From: Octopus sinensis | Lineage: Eukaryota | NCBI RefSeq assembly: GCF_006345805.1 | Contig: NC_043006.1 | Location: 26,784,001 to 26,848,000 of the forward strand | Direction: 5' to 3' | DNA length: 64,000 nucleotides | Shown: in pieces, positions 63,309-64,000 of the stretch | How positions within the stretch are numbered: the stretch's first letter is position 1 | How the letters are laid out: each line of letters starts with the position of its first letter | The notes under the pieces: model-generated | What the model was told of the DNA's origin: nothing | What the model saw: only the letters and a program-made list of their open reading frames with translations | Database searches by the model: none | Made by a program: the position numbers and the translations under genes

Positions 63309-64000
63309 GTAACCCACTTTTTCAGTTACAGTATTGTGGCTGTTCCTTATCATTCACACACATAAACATCTGTTGAATCATATTATTTGTATGACTTGAT
63401 TCTTCTACTTATTTTTAAAATCCAAATACCACTTTAATGTGATTTTGTTCACCTTAGGATAGCATCATTTCAGCTTTGTTAAGCTAGTAGGAATAATCTT
63501 GTAGCTTTTTAAGCAAGAGCAGATAGCATGTTGACTCATTGTAGTAAATAGGATGTTCACTTGGATGTCAAGGTGGGAATATATTTGTTTGGATATCATG
63601 ATGAGTATTTTGTTCACTTGTATATTAAAAAGATTGAATGTTTAGTTTGAAGCATTGATGATGTCATGCAAAAAACCAATGGTATAACTTGTTTTAGTCA
63701 AAGGATGACAAGCTTTGTTCATGACCTTTGCAAGACCTCTAAAATTGGTGGCTTGAAATGGAAAAAGAAATTCCATTTTATGGGTGTTCATAAAGAGATT
63801 GTCTTTTATTGAAAACTTTGAGACACCTTATTTGCTTATAATTTTATGTTTGAGTATGTATAGTTTGTTCAATTGTCTAAAAACTTTAGATGAATGATTT
63901 AGAAAGTTTAGTGCAGCTAAAGCTATTTTACCACTTTATTGAGTTTCTCAAGATGAATATAGCAGCTTCCAGGTTTTCATTAGTATATTACAAAATGTTG

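Overview
Eukaryotic, AT-rich, repeat-dense genomic DNA, most likely an octopus (inferred from the SINE/RTE families and TA/TATG microsatellites; no database check was possible). Two ubiquitin-system genes diverge from a repeat-filled spacer of about 18-20 kb. On the minus strand is cullin-2 (CUL2): three coding exons at 6616-6498, 1360-1258 and 247-156, continuing past position 1, with a probable 5' end near 22.2-24.3 kb. On the plus strand is the K48 deubiquitinase MINDY3/FAM188A: four coding exons at 42005-42110, 58528-58671, 59967-60174 and 63194-63308, continuing past the window. Both genes were assembled by hand with consistent splice phases; most exons are missing from or mis-bounded in the ORF track. 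The rest is decayed transposons (RTE, CR1, HERO/R2-like, Penelope-like, Gypsy, mariner, piggyBac-type and other MITEs, tRNA-derived SINEs) and microsatellites. Main findings: (1) a 5.1-kb U12-type AT-AC intron in CUL2 with a strong competing U2 donor 55 nt inside it and a ~340-bp inverted repeat; (2) a near-perfect 393-bp inverted repeat carrying two identical, core-intact minimal type I hammerhead ribozymes facing outward, plus a third hammerhead one CpG transition from canonical; (3) a degenerate 2A/StopGo-like motif, an inverted SINE pair around the MINDY3 catalytic exon, and a pre-miRNA-sized hairpin. No rRNA, true tRNA genes or CRISPR arrays were found. Repeat boundaries are approximate unless a TSD or TIR is quoted.
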